The notes under the pieces were generated by a model. The model did no database searches and was not told the origin of the DNA. It saw only the letters and a list, made by a program, of their open reading frames with translations. From contig OX597816.1 in NCBI GenBank assembly GCA_951406725.2, forward strand, positions 111,166,001 to 111,230,000: DNA of 64,000 nucleotides, in the 5' to 3' direction. This DNA is from Octopus vulgaris (taxonomy: Eukaryota). The translations under genes were made by a program, and so were the position numbers. Numbering within the stretch: position 1 is the first letter of the stretch; each line of letters begins with the position of its first letter. Of the stretch, positions 1 to 11,378 are shown in pieces.

Positions 1-964
1 CAAGGTTTAGTGTTTGCGTCTTTATGAACAGTAAAAATATTCTCGTGAGTGAGTGTGCAAGTGGACGTCAATGTGCACAAGTAAGAAATTTTATGTCTGT
101 TTTATTGGTATCTCTATTGAGATATAGTGTTGCGATGGAATTGTATATATGAGGAAACGGAAGAAGGATGAAATGTATTGATAGTTGTCTAGAGAACGAA
201 ATAAAGTGTTTCGGTGGCGAATGTATAATTTCAGAAATAACTTTTAAGATGACATTCCAGTTAGAATTTCGTTAGACTCCAAACGCACGAAGATAGCGTC
301 AAACGCTCTTTTCTCAAATGACCAAAACCAATCAAATATGTTTCAGTATATAGCTGTCCAACAATTTTGCTGCGCCTTTGCCAAAATTATCCAGACTATT
401 GCATACAAACTTTACAACGCATTACACATACAAGAGACGAAACGTCGTTAAAATGGCTGCATTGAATTACCCAGAGAACTCCGAACGCACATATCGTTCA
501 ACATTTCAACTGATTTAGCTATTCTGTTTATCAGCTCTCGGAGTTTGGAAATTCAAAACATTACAACAAAATGACATATTATTATGTTTAGCAATGTCTT
601 AATAAAGGGTTCTCCATTTCGTCAAGAAAATATTCAACATTCTTTATATTAAATGTTAGCTTGTATTCCTTTATTTCAATTCGGACCCTGATTTTTTTCA
701 CTGTAATCCTTAATCTTATAAATTATTTGGCAACAACACTTCCCATTGGTATCTACGAAGGCAAGTATAAGTTTATAGAGAGGTAGAGGCAGAGGGATAG
801 AAGAATTAAGGAGGGTCGATAAAAAATGAGAGGGACAGTGTGAAGGGAAAGAAGGGGAATGTGTTCCTTCTTTCAATATCTAATTGTATTTGCAATAGTC
901 GTTCTTTTGGTGAAACTGTCGTATCTCCAGCTGCTTCATATTCGAAGATACTGTTACTTATTTA

Positions 965-1009
<45 letters not shown>

Positions 1010-1228
1010 TGTGTGTGTGTGTATGTGTGTGTATGCGTGTGTGTGTAATTGTTTTTCAAGATTCCTGGTGTGAAATCGTGTATTGAAGCAGATATTGTTA
1101 CATTTAGAGATGGTCATATTTTCTTTTCTTTAATGTCTGTAGCCAATTGGCACACGTATTGCGTTTGGTATTAGGGTTTACACGACTTTTGTACCTATGT
1201 ATTTAGTTCATATATATATGCAGTTAAA

Positions 1229-1433
1229 GTTGGCGAGCTGCCAGAATCGTTACCGCACCGGAGAAAATACAAGTGGTATTTCCTCCTCCTTCACGTTCTA
1301 ATTCCATCGAGGTCATCCTTGCCCTTAATCTTCTTGGGGACGATACGATAAGTGCCAATTGAACAATCAATTCGATGTCACCAATTTACACTTTCACCCG
1401 TAATTGTTGGTCTTGTGCCTGCATTTGAAGCCA
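1229..1433 (+). mobile_element. Degenerate tRNA-derived SINE (same family as 61517-61750)
   Basis: Starts ggcgagctgccagaatcgtta, has a central gaggtcatccttgcccttaatc-type block and ends ttgtgcctgcatttgaagcc; aligns by eye to the copies at 38490-38720 and 61385-61750. Confidence 0.7.
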
Positions 1434-3289
1434 GTGTATATACAGTAGTATGAGTACTCATCTTCCGGTAGGTTGTCCTAGGGTTTGGATGCATGTTTTA
1501 ACAGACTGTTGTAAATACACTAATATTCATACATATAAATACATATGCACGAATGTACATACGCACGCTCACACATACAGACACACATCTGTAATCACGA
1601 AGATAGGAAGAAGAATAATTCGTTCCGCTGTGTGTTGTTACCAAAGTTTAAAACCAAGCCACCGTTTTGAATTTTCAAAGGATTCTTTTATTTACAAGGA
1701 AATATACAGAGATTAATTACCAAGAGTATTGAGCTGTATCCTAGGAGTTCTTACGGCTATATATATGGCTAGAAGTGCGATTGCCTGCTTGTTAGAAAGA
1801 TTATGGCGAGGACCCATGGAAATTTCCATCCGAAATCATATGATCGTAGAGCAGCTAAATTAGTATTGGTGAACAGTTAAGCCGTGATCACATGATGTTT
1901 CAAGACCGTTATTCGTTAATGCCTTGAGATGTTTTCAAATCTGTACCTCGCGTACGAACTCCTGTGCCAGAGAGTTTGTCGCAGGACAAACGAACGAAAA
2001 TACAATGATAACCAAAGGCAGTATAATGCAAATGTACAATGTGTGATGTGTGCGTAATAGTGGGGAAAACTGTCAAAGAAAAGATATCTTGAAAAAATCA
2101 CGAACACAAGTGAATTACAGGTCAAGAATGAGGTATCATGCAGTGTTACCTTCTGAAAATTATAGGGCTGAAACACTGCCAATGATGAATAGAGCATACA
2201 GGTAATTGTGCTGGCGAGACGAGAGAAATTTCTGTGAACTGTAGCCAAAATCATTCTTTCTTTTTAACCCAACGTCGATCAATGGCCAAGGATACTGTAT
2301 TCTCGGGAATATCTGAAACATCTGCCTTACGGATGGTACGCATAAATATGACAGGTACTTTTGGAAATTTCTGTTCGAATTCATATGATAGAATGAGTGC
2401 ATCTAAAATACTTGTGGCTAACAATAATGCCGAAATAACCTGATGTGCCAAAGCCGTTTTTCGTCACTGATCTGGCATGGCTTCAAATCCAAGCCCCGCT
2501 ACAAACTTATATACAAATAGTTACATGAATATAAGTGCAATTTATAAGTGAAAATATATGGGGGTGTGTGTCTATCGATTGATGTATCTTTATACATATT
2601 TATATATAAGAATATATATTAATGTGTGTATATTTGTATGTGTGTGTGTATGTGTGTGTGTGTGTGTGTGCGAGTGAACGTATCTGTATCGTTCATGTAT
2701 TTGCATGTGTGTACGCAAAATTCAGGAAACATTTCTATACATTATGTGAAAACTTTGTACGTGTAATTCAAATTAAATAATATGCTGCCCTTATTTACCA
2801 ACAATGCGCTGCTAAGTCAGCTTCGAAACCAAACTGAACTTACATCGTGTAACTTCTAATAAGAAAAAGGTTAAATAAATAAAGCAGGGAAATTATTTTC
2901 CGTTGTAATATGGAAAGAAAATACCTGAAAACTTCAAAGAAGTTATAATCCTTAGCCTTAAAAATACGACCAAGCCATATTACTGCAGAATTTCTTTGAA
3001 ATGAAACATAATTTCAGTAGGATGCAATGATATGCCACAGTAGGTAAACTTTTTTACAGTTTCTTATACAAAAGGATTTTTACTACATTGCTTGCCTTCT
3101 TTTTTTTTATCAATTTTCTATCTTACTTTCTCTATTATTATGTTTTCCTTTCACTTTCTCTATTATGCCAGTCTATATTACTTACCTCCCTCCTTTTAAA
3201 ATTCTTTGTGTGTATACACAGATTATATATACACTCACGCAAGTGTAACATATATATTTCTATGTGTGTGTGTGTGTGTGTGTGTGTTT

Positions 3290-3359
3290 GAAATTTATAT
3301 ATATGCATGTATATATGTGTGTATAAATATATATACATACATGTATATGTATATGTGTG

Positions 3360-3423
<64 letters not shown>

Positions 3424-3452
3424 TATATACATATATATATACATATATATAT

Positions 3453-3508
<56 letters not shown>

Positions 3509-3515
3509 GTGTATA
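3290..3515. repeat. (TA)n / mixed TA-TG microsatellite
   Basis: Directly visible; source of the YIYI ORFs. Confidence 0.95.
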
Positions 3516-3538
3516 TACATGGTGTGTGTGTTAAATAT

Positions 3539-4058
3539 ATGAGGGTAGAAATTACTATTATTAATTAATATCAATTTAAACCAGTATCCTAGCATACTTT
3601 AAAAAGTCCGAAGTCTATGAATTATATTACACACACAAGAAGAATAGCCGACAAGGTGGATTCCTAATATGCTAGAAGAAAACGCCAAATCGCCTTACTA
3701 CGAAGAATATGTTCTCAAAAAGTTTCAGCAAACGCCAGAATGTAAGCAAGCAAGACAAATGAAAAGATACAAAATATGGCAATAAACTCCAAACCTCGAG
3801 ATTTCGCTATTAACGGTCACTAATGTGATCATCCGTGGCTCATCAGGAAACATAATTCACAGAACTAGACACAAAACGTCCTCTCGATAGAGAACATGTA
3901 TAAAATTCTGCCAATTATGGATCAGGGTCTCTCTTACAAATGTTTTGATTTTGACGAGCTGAAACTTGAAAGAACACTGCGGTTTATAGATTTCCGCAGC
4001 GAATTCACCGGTTAGAGAACACGGCTATTTAAAAGTCAAATAATGAGGGTAGAAATTA
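3539..4058 (-). mobile_element. Non-coding HHR-containing element (retrozyme or Penelope pLTR-derived) bounded by a 16-bp direct repeat
   Basis: atgagggtagaaatta at 3539-3554 and 4043-4058 (spacing 504); internal minus-strand CTGATGA...GAAA hammerhead core. Confidence 0.55.
3785..3855 (-). ncRNA. Putative type I hammerhead ribozyme
   Basis: Minus strand CTGATGA (3846-3840); stem II gc-..acgg-..tcac-atta-gtga-ccgt-..gc; GAAA (3805-3802); near-palindromic stem III AATCTCGAGGTT; stem I weak. Confidence 0.55.
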
Positions 4059-4092
4059 TTAATGGTGACTATTCCTCTTATATATGTTATAC

Positions 4093-4478
4093 AGGTGCAG
4101 GAGTGGGTTTGCGTTAAGTAGCTTGCTTACTAACCCCATGGTTCCGGGTTCAGTCCCACTGCGTGGTACCTTGGGCAAATGTCTTCTGCTATAGCTTCGG
4201 GCCCACCAAAGACTTGTGAGTGGATTTGATGGACAGAAATTGAAAGAAGCCCGTCCTATATATGTGTGTGTCTGTCTGTCTGTGAATGTTTCTGCGTCTG
4301 TGTTTGTCCCAACATCGCTTGACAACCGATGGTGGTGTGTTTAGGTCCCCGTAACTTAGCGGTTCGGCAAAAGAGAACTGATAGTTTAAGTACTAGGCAT
4401 TCTGGGGTCGATTTACATGTCTAAAGGCGGTGCTCCAACACGGCTGCAGTCAAATGACTGAAACAAGTAAAAAAAAAA
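4093..4478 (+). mobile_element. tRNA-derived SINE, near full length
   Basis: tRNA-like head with B-box-like ggttcagtccc, body accttgggcaaatgtcttctgctatag, internal (TG)-rich tract, 3' end gactgaaacaagtaaaaa; partial copies at 37530-37620(-), 38328-38480(+), 19700-19860(-), 41640-41800(-). Confidence 0.8.
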
Positions 4479-4499
4479 GATACTCCCAATGAATTTGAT

Positions 4500-6233
4500 G
4501 TGCCTATGGGTAGTTCGGATAGTGCGCAGATAGCCGATTTGGTCGGAATATATATTCTCTACGAATTGTCCGACCAATTCCCGGAGATCGCGGGCGGCCT
4601 GTATCGTGACGATTGTCTGTTTTACCTGCAAAACACCACGAACAGAATAGTGCAGAAAACTAAGAGCAGGTTAGCTAGGTTTTTTAATAGAATGGGCATG
4701 AGTATAGTTTTTGATAATGAACTCACCAAGGCCAATTTCCTAGACGTTACACTTAACCTTAATAGCGACTCATACTGCCCTTACCATAAGCCTTCCACTA
4801 ATTTGAAGTATGTCAGTGTCTTCTCAAATCATGCCAAAACCGTAACAGACAATTTGGTTAAAAACATCTCTCTAAGATTGTCTGGCTTGTCCGCCAGTGC
4901 CGATATTTTTATGCAGAAAGCGGAATTTTATAACGCCGCACTATCCAAGGCCGGTTATAGGCAGAAGGTAATTTATATTGATCCGGCCCTTCCGATGCCA
5001 TCATTCGGTCATCAGGATAGGGCCGTATATAATAACATTAACATTTTAAGTAAGGACGGGAGCGCGGTGGATGCCGGGGTAGTCGCTCCCGCATTTAATT
5101 TAGCGAACAAGGATAATTATCGGTCCGGGAGGTCTTACACTAACCCAAGACCCGTCATTCATCCGAGAATCACCCACCCGAATGCGAGAGCTGGCGTCCC
5201 GATCCATCACACTGATAGGAATAAGCATATATGGTTTGTAATCCCCTTTGGTAAGCAGATTAGAACTAACCTCCCCCTCATGTTTAGACAAGCCATTGCC
5301 AATAACTTCCCCAGAAATTCCAAATATTACTCCACGGTTAACTCGCATAAAGTTAGGATAGCTTTCTCCAACACTAAAAACCTCGCCCAGATAATCGCCT
5401 CCCATAATAATAGGCTACTTACTAAGACCCTATCACCTTTTTCCGGAGGCACAGCCTCTTCCGCTCCCGGTTTAATGCTCAGTAGGAATAATTATAGTAG
5501 TAATAATGATATGAGAGCCAGTACAGTGACACATAATCTCAGCTCCAGCCAGGGAGTACCCACTAGGGGTATAGTTATAAATAGGGGTGTTGTGGTTGAC
5601 GGTAACAATGGGAGTAGGGTAGAGAGCCCCAATAGCATCCCCAGCATCATTTCCCGCAATAGCAGCACCACGGGCAGTAGCAATGACAGCACTTTGATAG
5701 ATAGTGGAGAATCAGGGGTTATTCCTATAGTTAATAGTGACGTAGTGGAAAATAGAGTAGTAAGCGGCTGCAGGTCTCGGAACGAATATAGTGACAGGAA
5801 CGCAGTTCTAATTTCAGAAACTAATCCTAGCAGAATTAGATTCACGTCGGCGAACTCCAAGATCAAAAACGCCGTCTACCAATGCAAGGTTTACACGGAC
5901 TCAGATGTCTTCACTTATGTAGGGGCCTCATCCTCAAGATTGTCTTTGCGTGTCTCCAACCATTACGCAACTTTTCGGGACATGAACAAGCGCCAGACCA
6001 CGGGACTCAGTAAGCTAATATGGCGACTGAAGGATACGAACCTAAGCTACAGGCTGGAATGGTCAATTTTGTCGGTGGCCCTCCCATTTGATAGGGGCAG
6101 AAGGCAGTGCAACCTTTGTGTCTCCGAACTCTTCCATATTTTGTTTGCCAGAGGCCGGATGGTAAACGGGCTTTTACAGTCGGCTTTTCGATGCCCCCAT
6201 TGGCGGCGTTACACTTATCTGGCTTTTAAATAG
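4500..6233 (+). pseudogene. 5'-truncated duplicate of the PLE ORF (C-terminal 577 aa)
   Basis: Translation matches the last 577 aa of ORF 7170-9857; lacks the N-terminal RT motifs (DKT, FDI). Confidence 0.9.
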
Positions 6234-6818
6234 CGTTTATAAATAATACCGGCACCCATAGCCCTTGGTAACAAATTCTGAAATAGCCTTTAAGATATCT
6301 ACGATTAACCACTGCAAGGGGAATTACTCCTGTAAGACAAACGGGGCTTGGTTTTTTCACAGCGGGGGGTTTCCTTGACAAGGCAGGCTTAGATGAGAAC
6401 ACACACACACATAAAACATGATATATATTTTTTTTCTGCCACCCAACGGTCATCACGGCAGTAGCCACTGACAGCCGAACGATCAAACGCACACACGTAC
6501 ACAAAAAATGTTTTCTACCCCTACGCCAACACACACGTATATAGAACAGTATACACACACACACGTCTCTAAGTAGATTTTTTCTCGCCCCTTATAAAAC
6601 ATCCAATATTCCTTAAATAGTCAGAACTTTATTCTCGGTCACAAAGAACATCTACGCCCCCTCACCCACATGATTGACCGATGCCTGACCCGTTGAATTC
6701 TTCAGCCACCGGTTCTCAACATACACTGATAAACAGTTTCGCCATGGGCTCTTAGGAGCATAGTTCGATTTGTTTTTGCTCCGCCTCTGTTCTGTTTTTG
6801 TTTTTCCAACGGGTTTCC

Positions 6819-6912
6819 TATTTTCTTCCTGAAGAGAAAGACACAATATGGTCCCATTATTCCATCGGATTTTGGTAATTTGTGCCTTTCGAAACACGTG
6901 TAGAATGAAATA
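6819..6912 (+). ncRNA. Type I hammerhead ribozyme (PLE unit 1)
   Basis: Stem I tattttcttc / gaatgaaata; core CTGAAGA 6829-6835; stem II gaaagacacaa / ttgtgcctttc (10 of 11 pairs); GAAA 6891-6894; palindromic stem III ACACGTGT; GUA triplet, predicted cleavage after 6902. Confidence 0.8.
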
Positions 6913-7169
6913 AAACGATTTCTGTTCAATCTGCGTTCAGCTCCATTTCTTCAATTCACCAATAATGTTCTAATTTCAATTATCCGCACCAACGCACGGT
7001 TGCAACACCATATGGTTGTACCTCCAACCGTGCTGTTTTACTGCTGTGATTTTTGCTACTAAGGTATCGGTTAAACTTTTGATTAATCTACTACAAGATT
7101 ATTCATCTTTCTATTTCACATAATACATACCGCTTCGTCAAGAAACTGCTACTTTAACCGATACCAATA

Positions 7170-9857
7170 ATGGAGTTGTTCGAGATTGATGCGTCCCTTA
7201 AGGATATTCCTATACCACCAAAGGATGCCTTCCTTAAGGAGTTGGTTTGTAAAACCAACGCATTCATAAACCGGATAAGATGGCTCATTTTCTTCCACGA
7301 GAACGAAGATCTAAAATCGAACCGGACAACAGCATCGTCCGAATACGGCCGGCTTTTTAAAACATTGGATACGCCGCCACCTAACCCAAGACTGAAGAAG
7401 TTTGAGGACGACTTGTGGGACATAGTTAGAAAGATTAAGTTCAGGAAGTCACCCAGGAGAAATGCCCACCTCAGATACCTAGATAAAATTACCAAGGACA
7501 TTAATAGAACGGACGGAGTCCTGGTCCAGTCCGACAAGACCAGGAACACATACAAGATGCCCATTAAGCAGTACCTAGATTTACTCGGTAAAGAGATCAA
7601 GAAAAATTATAGAAAAACCAATTGGAGTACCCTGAGGAAGGTAAACTTGGAAATTAAGGAAATAATATTTAAACACCGAATTCAAATGAGAACTCAGCCG
7701 CTTAGCCCTAAGCAACCCGGATTTATAGTGAAGGACCATAAACCGAACTTCCACACCAACCCAGCGCTAAGACTCATATGCCCTGCTAGATCTGATATCG
7801 GGATAATCAGTAAGTACATTTTAGATAAATATATCCCTAGTTTAGTAAACAAGCTGAAGCTCAGCCTCTGGGCCAACTCCTCGCAGGTAGTGAAGTGGTT
7901 CTCTTCCATCCCCAATAAGAACCGTACTAGGTTCATTCAGTTTGATATCGCCAGCTTCTACCCCTCGATTAACCCTAGTGTGCTAAATAAGGCCCTCTGG
8001 CATGCTCACAACAAGGCTGGCCTCACCAGAGAAGAGATAGATATCATTTTAGTTGCCAGGAAATCGTTTATTAAGTTTGATAATAAGTTGTGGATCCGTA
8101 AAGATACTCCCAATGAATTTGATGTGCCTATGGGTAGTTCGGATAGTGCGCAGATAGCCGATTTGGTCGGAATATATATTCTCTACGAATTGTCCGACCA
8201 ATTCCCGGAGATCGCGGGCGGCCTGTATCGTGACGATTGTCTGTTTTACCTGCAAAACACCACGAACAGAATAGTGCAGAAAACTAAGAGCAGGTTAGCT
8301 AGGTTTTTTAATAGAATGGGCATGAGTATAGTTTTTGATAATGAACTCACCAAGGCCAATTTCCTAGACGTTACACTTAACCTTAATAGCGACTCATACT
8401 GCCCTTACCATAAGCCTTCCACTAATTTGAAGTATGTCAGTGTCTTCTCAAATCATGCCAAAACCGTAACAGACAATTTGGTTAAAAACATCTCTCTAAG
8501 ATTGTCTGGCTTGTCCGCCAGTGCCGATATTTTTATGCAGAAAGCGGAATTTTATAACGCCGCACTATCCAAGGCCGGTTATAGGCAGAAGGTAATTTAT
8601 ATTGATCCGGCCCTTCCGATGCCATCATTCGGTCATCAGGATAGGGCCGTATATAATAACATTAACATTTTAAGTAAGGACGGGAGCGCGGTGGATGCCG
8701 GGGTAGTCGCTCCCGCATTTAATTTAGCGAACAAGGATAATTATCGGTCCGGGAGGTCTTACACTAACCCAAGACCCGTCATTCATCCGAGAATCACCCA
8801 CCCGAATGCGAGAGCTGGCGTCCCGATCCATCACACTGATAGGAATAAGCATATATGGTTTGTAATCCCCTTTGGTAAGCAGATTAGAACTAACCTCCCC
8901 CTCATGTTTAGACAAGCCATTGCCAATAACTTCCCCAGAAATTCCAAATATTACTCCACGGTTAACTCGCATAAAGTTAGGATAGCTTTCTCCAACACTA
9001 AAAACCTCGCCCAGATAATCGCCTCCCATAATAATAGGCTACTTACTAAGACCCTATCACCTTTTTCCGGAGGCACAGCCTCTTCCGCTCCCGGTTTAAT
9101 GCTCAGTAGGAATAATTATAGTAGTAATAATGATATGAGAGCCAGTACAGTGACACATAATCTCAGCTCCAGCCAGGGAGTACCCACTAGGGGTATAGTT
9201 ATAAATAGGGGTGTTGTGGTTGACGGTAACAATGGGAGTAGGGTAGAGAGCCCCAATAGCATCCCCAGCATCATTTCCCGCAATAGCAGCACCACGGGCA
9301 GTAGCAATGACAGCACTTTGATAGATAGTGGAGAATCAGGGGTTATTCCTATAGTTAATAGTGACGTAGTGGAAAATAGAGTAGTAAGCGGCTGCAGGTC
9401 TCGGAACGAATATAGTGACAGGAACGCAGTTCTAATTTCAGAAACTAATCCTAGCAGAATTAGATTCACGTCGGCGAACTCCAAGATCAAAAACGCCGTC
9501 TACCAATGCAAGGTTTACACGGACTCAGATGTCTTCACTTATGTAGGGGCCTCATCCTCAAGATTGTCTTTGCGTGTCTCCAACCATTACGCAACTTTTC
9601 GGGACATGAACAAGCGCCAGACCACGGGACTCAGTAAGCTAATATGGCGACTGAAGGATACGAACCTAAGCTACAGGCTGGAATGGTCAATTTTGTCGGT
9701 GGCCCTCCCATTTGATAGGGGCAGAAGGCAGTGCAACCTTTGTGTCTCCGAACTCTTCCATATTTTGTTTGCCAGAGGCCGGATGGTAAACGGGCTTTTA
9801 CAGTCGGCTTTTCGATGCCCCCATTGGCGGCGTTACACTTATCTGGCTTTTAAATAG
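7170..9857 (+). CDS. Penelope-like reverse transcriptase + C-terminal GIY-YIG endonuclease, 895 aa, intact
   Basis: Motifs SLKDIPIP, SDKT, KDHKPNF, FIQFDIASFYPSI, MGSSD, GLYRDD, FLDVTLNL; endonuclease AVYQC...YVG...R..NH...CNLCVSE...N...CPH. This signature set matches the Naiad branch of PLEs. Confidence 0.93.
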   Translation: MELFEIDASLKDIPIPPKDAFLKELVCKTNAFINRIRWLIFFHENEDLKSNRTTASSEYGRLFKTLDTPPPNPRLKKFEDDLWDIVRKIKFRKSPRRNAHLRYLDKITKDINRTDGVLVQSDKTRNTYKMPIKQYLDLLGKEIKKNYRKTNWSTLRKVNLEIKEIIFKHRIQMRTQPLSPKQPGFIVKDHKPNFHTNPALRLICPARSDIGIISKYILDKYIPSLVNKLKLSLWANSSQVVKWFSSIPNKNRTRFIQFDIASFYPSINPSVLNKALWHAHNKAGLTREEIDIILVARKSFIKFDNKLWIRKDTPNEFDVPMGSSDSAQIADLVGIYILYELSDQFPEIAGGLYRDDCLFYLQNTTNRIVQKTKSRLARFFNRMGMSIVFDNELTKANFLDVTLNLNSDSYCPYHKPSTNLKYVSVFSNHAKTVTDNLVKNISLRLSGLSASADIFMQKAEFYNAALSKAGYRQKVIYIDPALPMPSFGHQDRAVYNNINILSKDGSAVDAGVVAPAFNLANKDNYRSGRSYTNPRPVIHPRITHPNARAGVPIHHTDRNKHIWFVIPFGKQIRTNLPLMFRQAIANNFPRNSKYYSTVNSHKVRIAFSNTKNLAQIIASHNNRLLTKTLSPFSGGTASSAPGLMLSRNNYSSNNDMRASTVTHNLSSSQGVPTRGIVINRGVVVDGNNGSRVESPNSIPSIISRNSSTTGSSNDSTLIDSGESGVIPIVNSDVVENRVVSGCRSRNEYSDRNAVLISETNPSRIRFTSANSKIKNAVYQCKVYTDSDVFTYVGASSSRLSLRVSNHYATFRDMNKRQTTGLSKLIWRLKDTNLSYRLEWSILSVALPFDRGRRQCNLCVSELFHILFARGRMVNGLLQSAFRCPHWRRYTYLAFK

Positions 9858-10443
9858 CGTTTATAAATAATACCGGCACCCATAGCCCTTGGTAACAAAT
9901 TCTGAAATAGCCTTTAAGATATCTACGATTAACCACTGCAAGGGGAATTACTCCTGTAAGACAAACGGGGCTTGGTTTTTTCACAGCGGGGGGTTTCCTT
10001 GACAAGGCAGGCTTAGATGAGAACACACACACACATAAAACATGATATATATTTTTTTTTCTGCCACCCAACGGTCATCACGGCAGTAGCCACTGACAGC
10101 CGAACGATCAAACGCACACACGTACACAAAAAATGTTTTCTACCCCTACGCCAACACACACGTATATAGAACAGTATACACACACACACGTCTCTAAGTA
10201 GATTTTTTCTCGCCCCTTATAAAACATCCAATATTCCTTAAATAGTCAGAACTTTATTCTCGGTCACAAAGAACATCTACGCCCCCTCACCCACATGATT
10301 GACCGATGCCTGACCCGTTGAATTCTTCAGCCACCGGTTCTCAACATACACTGATAAACAGTTTCGCCATGGGCTCTTAGGAGCATAGTTCGATTTGTTT
10401 TTGCTCCGCCTCTGTTCTGTTTTTGTTTTTCCAACGGGTTTCC

Positions 10444-10537
10444 TATTTTCTTCCTGAAGAGAAAGACACAATATGGTCCCATTATTCCATCGGATTTTGG
10501 TAATTTGTGCCTTTCGAAACACGTGTAGAATGAAATA
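10444..10537 (+). ncRNA. Type I hammerhead ribozyme (PLE unit 2)
   Basis: Same sequence as 6819-6912; CTGAAGA 10454-10460; predicted cleavage after 10527. Confidence 0.8.
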
Positions 10538-10746
10538 AAACGATTTCTGTTCAATCTGCGTTCAGCTCCATTTCTTCAATTCACCAATAATGTTCTAATT
10601 TCAATTATCCGCACCAACGCACGGTTGCAACACCATATGGTTGTACCTCCAACCGTGCTGTTTTACTGCTGTGATTTTTGCTACTAAGGTATCGGTTAAA
10701 CTTTTGATTAATCTACTACAAGATTATTCATCTTTCTATTTCACAT

Positions 10747-10791
<45 letters not shown>

Positions 10792-11316
10792 GGGGGATGA
10801 GTATATATACTTATATAATATAAAATTTATGCATATTAAATATTTCTGTAATATACAAGTCTATAGATACATAAATATATTTGTGTATGTAATTATATAT
10901 TTATGTATATATTTGCCAATATGTATGCGTATTAATGATTGTTTTTATGTCAGTTATGTTATATATTAAGATAATTAATTTACCATTAAACCTTATGATT
11001 TCTCAATATATTTCAGCAAAAATGTATATTTGATACATTTTACACTATAATATTTGACAGTACCTAAAAATTCACGACTTAATCGGTTTCATTTTACAAC
11101 TCTTCTCTGCTTTAATACATTCCCTGGTACGTGAACCTTTGATAATTGTTGCAATGCTAATGAGAATTATATGCAATGTAGATGGACAGGTTAAATGGAT
11201 CTACAACAAGGAGGAAATAGCACATACTTAAATTCATTTTATATTTAAGTTTGTGTATGCATATATATATATATATATAAAGAGAGAGAGAGAGGGGGGC
11301 ACATATTACACACACG

Positions 11317-11378
<62 letters not shown>

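Larger units (their letters stand above)
4476..10746 (+). mobile_element. Penelope-like retroelement (Naiad-type), partial tandem: 5'-truncated unit 4476-7121 plus full unit 7122-10746
   Basis: 4476-7121 repeats 8100-10746 apart from a T8/T9 homopolymer difference; unit length 3625 bp; RT + GIY-YIG ORF; HHR in each UTR; no TSD seen; left flank is a SINE A-tail, right flank is (TA)n. Confidence 0.93.

Noticed and set aside
1916-2451. Overlapping short ORFs in unique-looking sequence
   Set aside because: No motif recognised; cannot support a gene or TE call
3088-3595. YIYI, CVCV, poly-I/L/N/Y ORFs here and throughout the window
   Set aside because: Translations of stop-free microsatellites
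4093-4170. tRNA genes at SINE heads (also 37861, 61517)
   Set aside because: No complete cloverleaf; each continues into a repeated SINE body
8724-9490. Antisense ORFs (101 aa, 124 aa) inside the PLE
   Set aside because: Shadow frames of the S/N-rich sense sequence with no recognisable motifs
7170-10746. Selenoprotein-type Naiad (in-frame UGA + SECIS)
   Set aside because: The ORF has no in-frame TGA and ends in TAG; I could not identify a SECIS by eye
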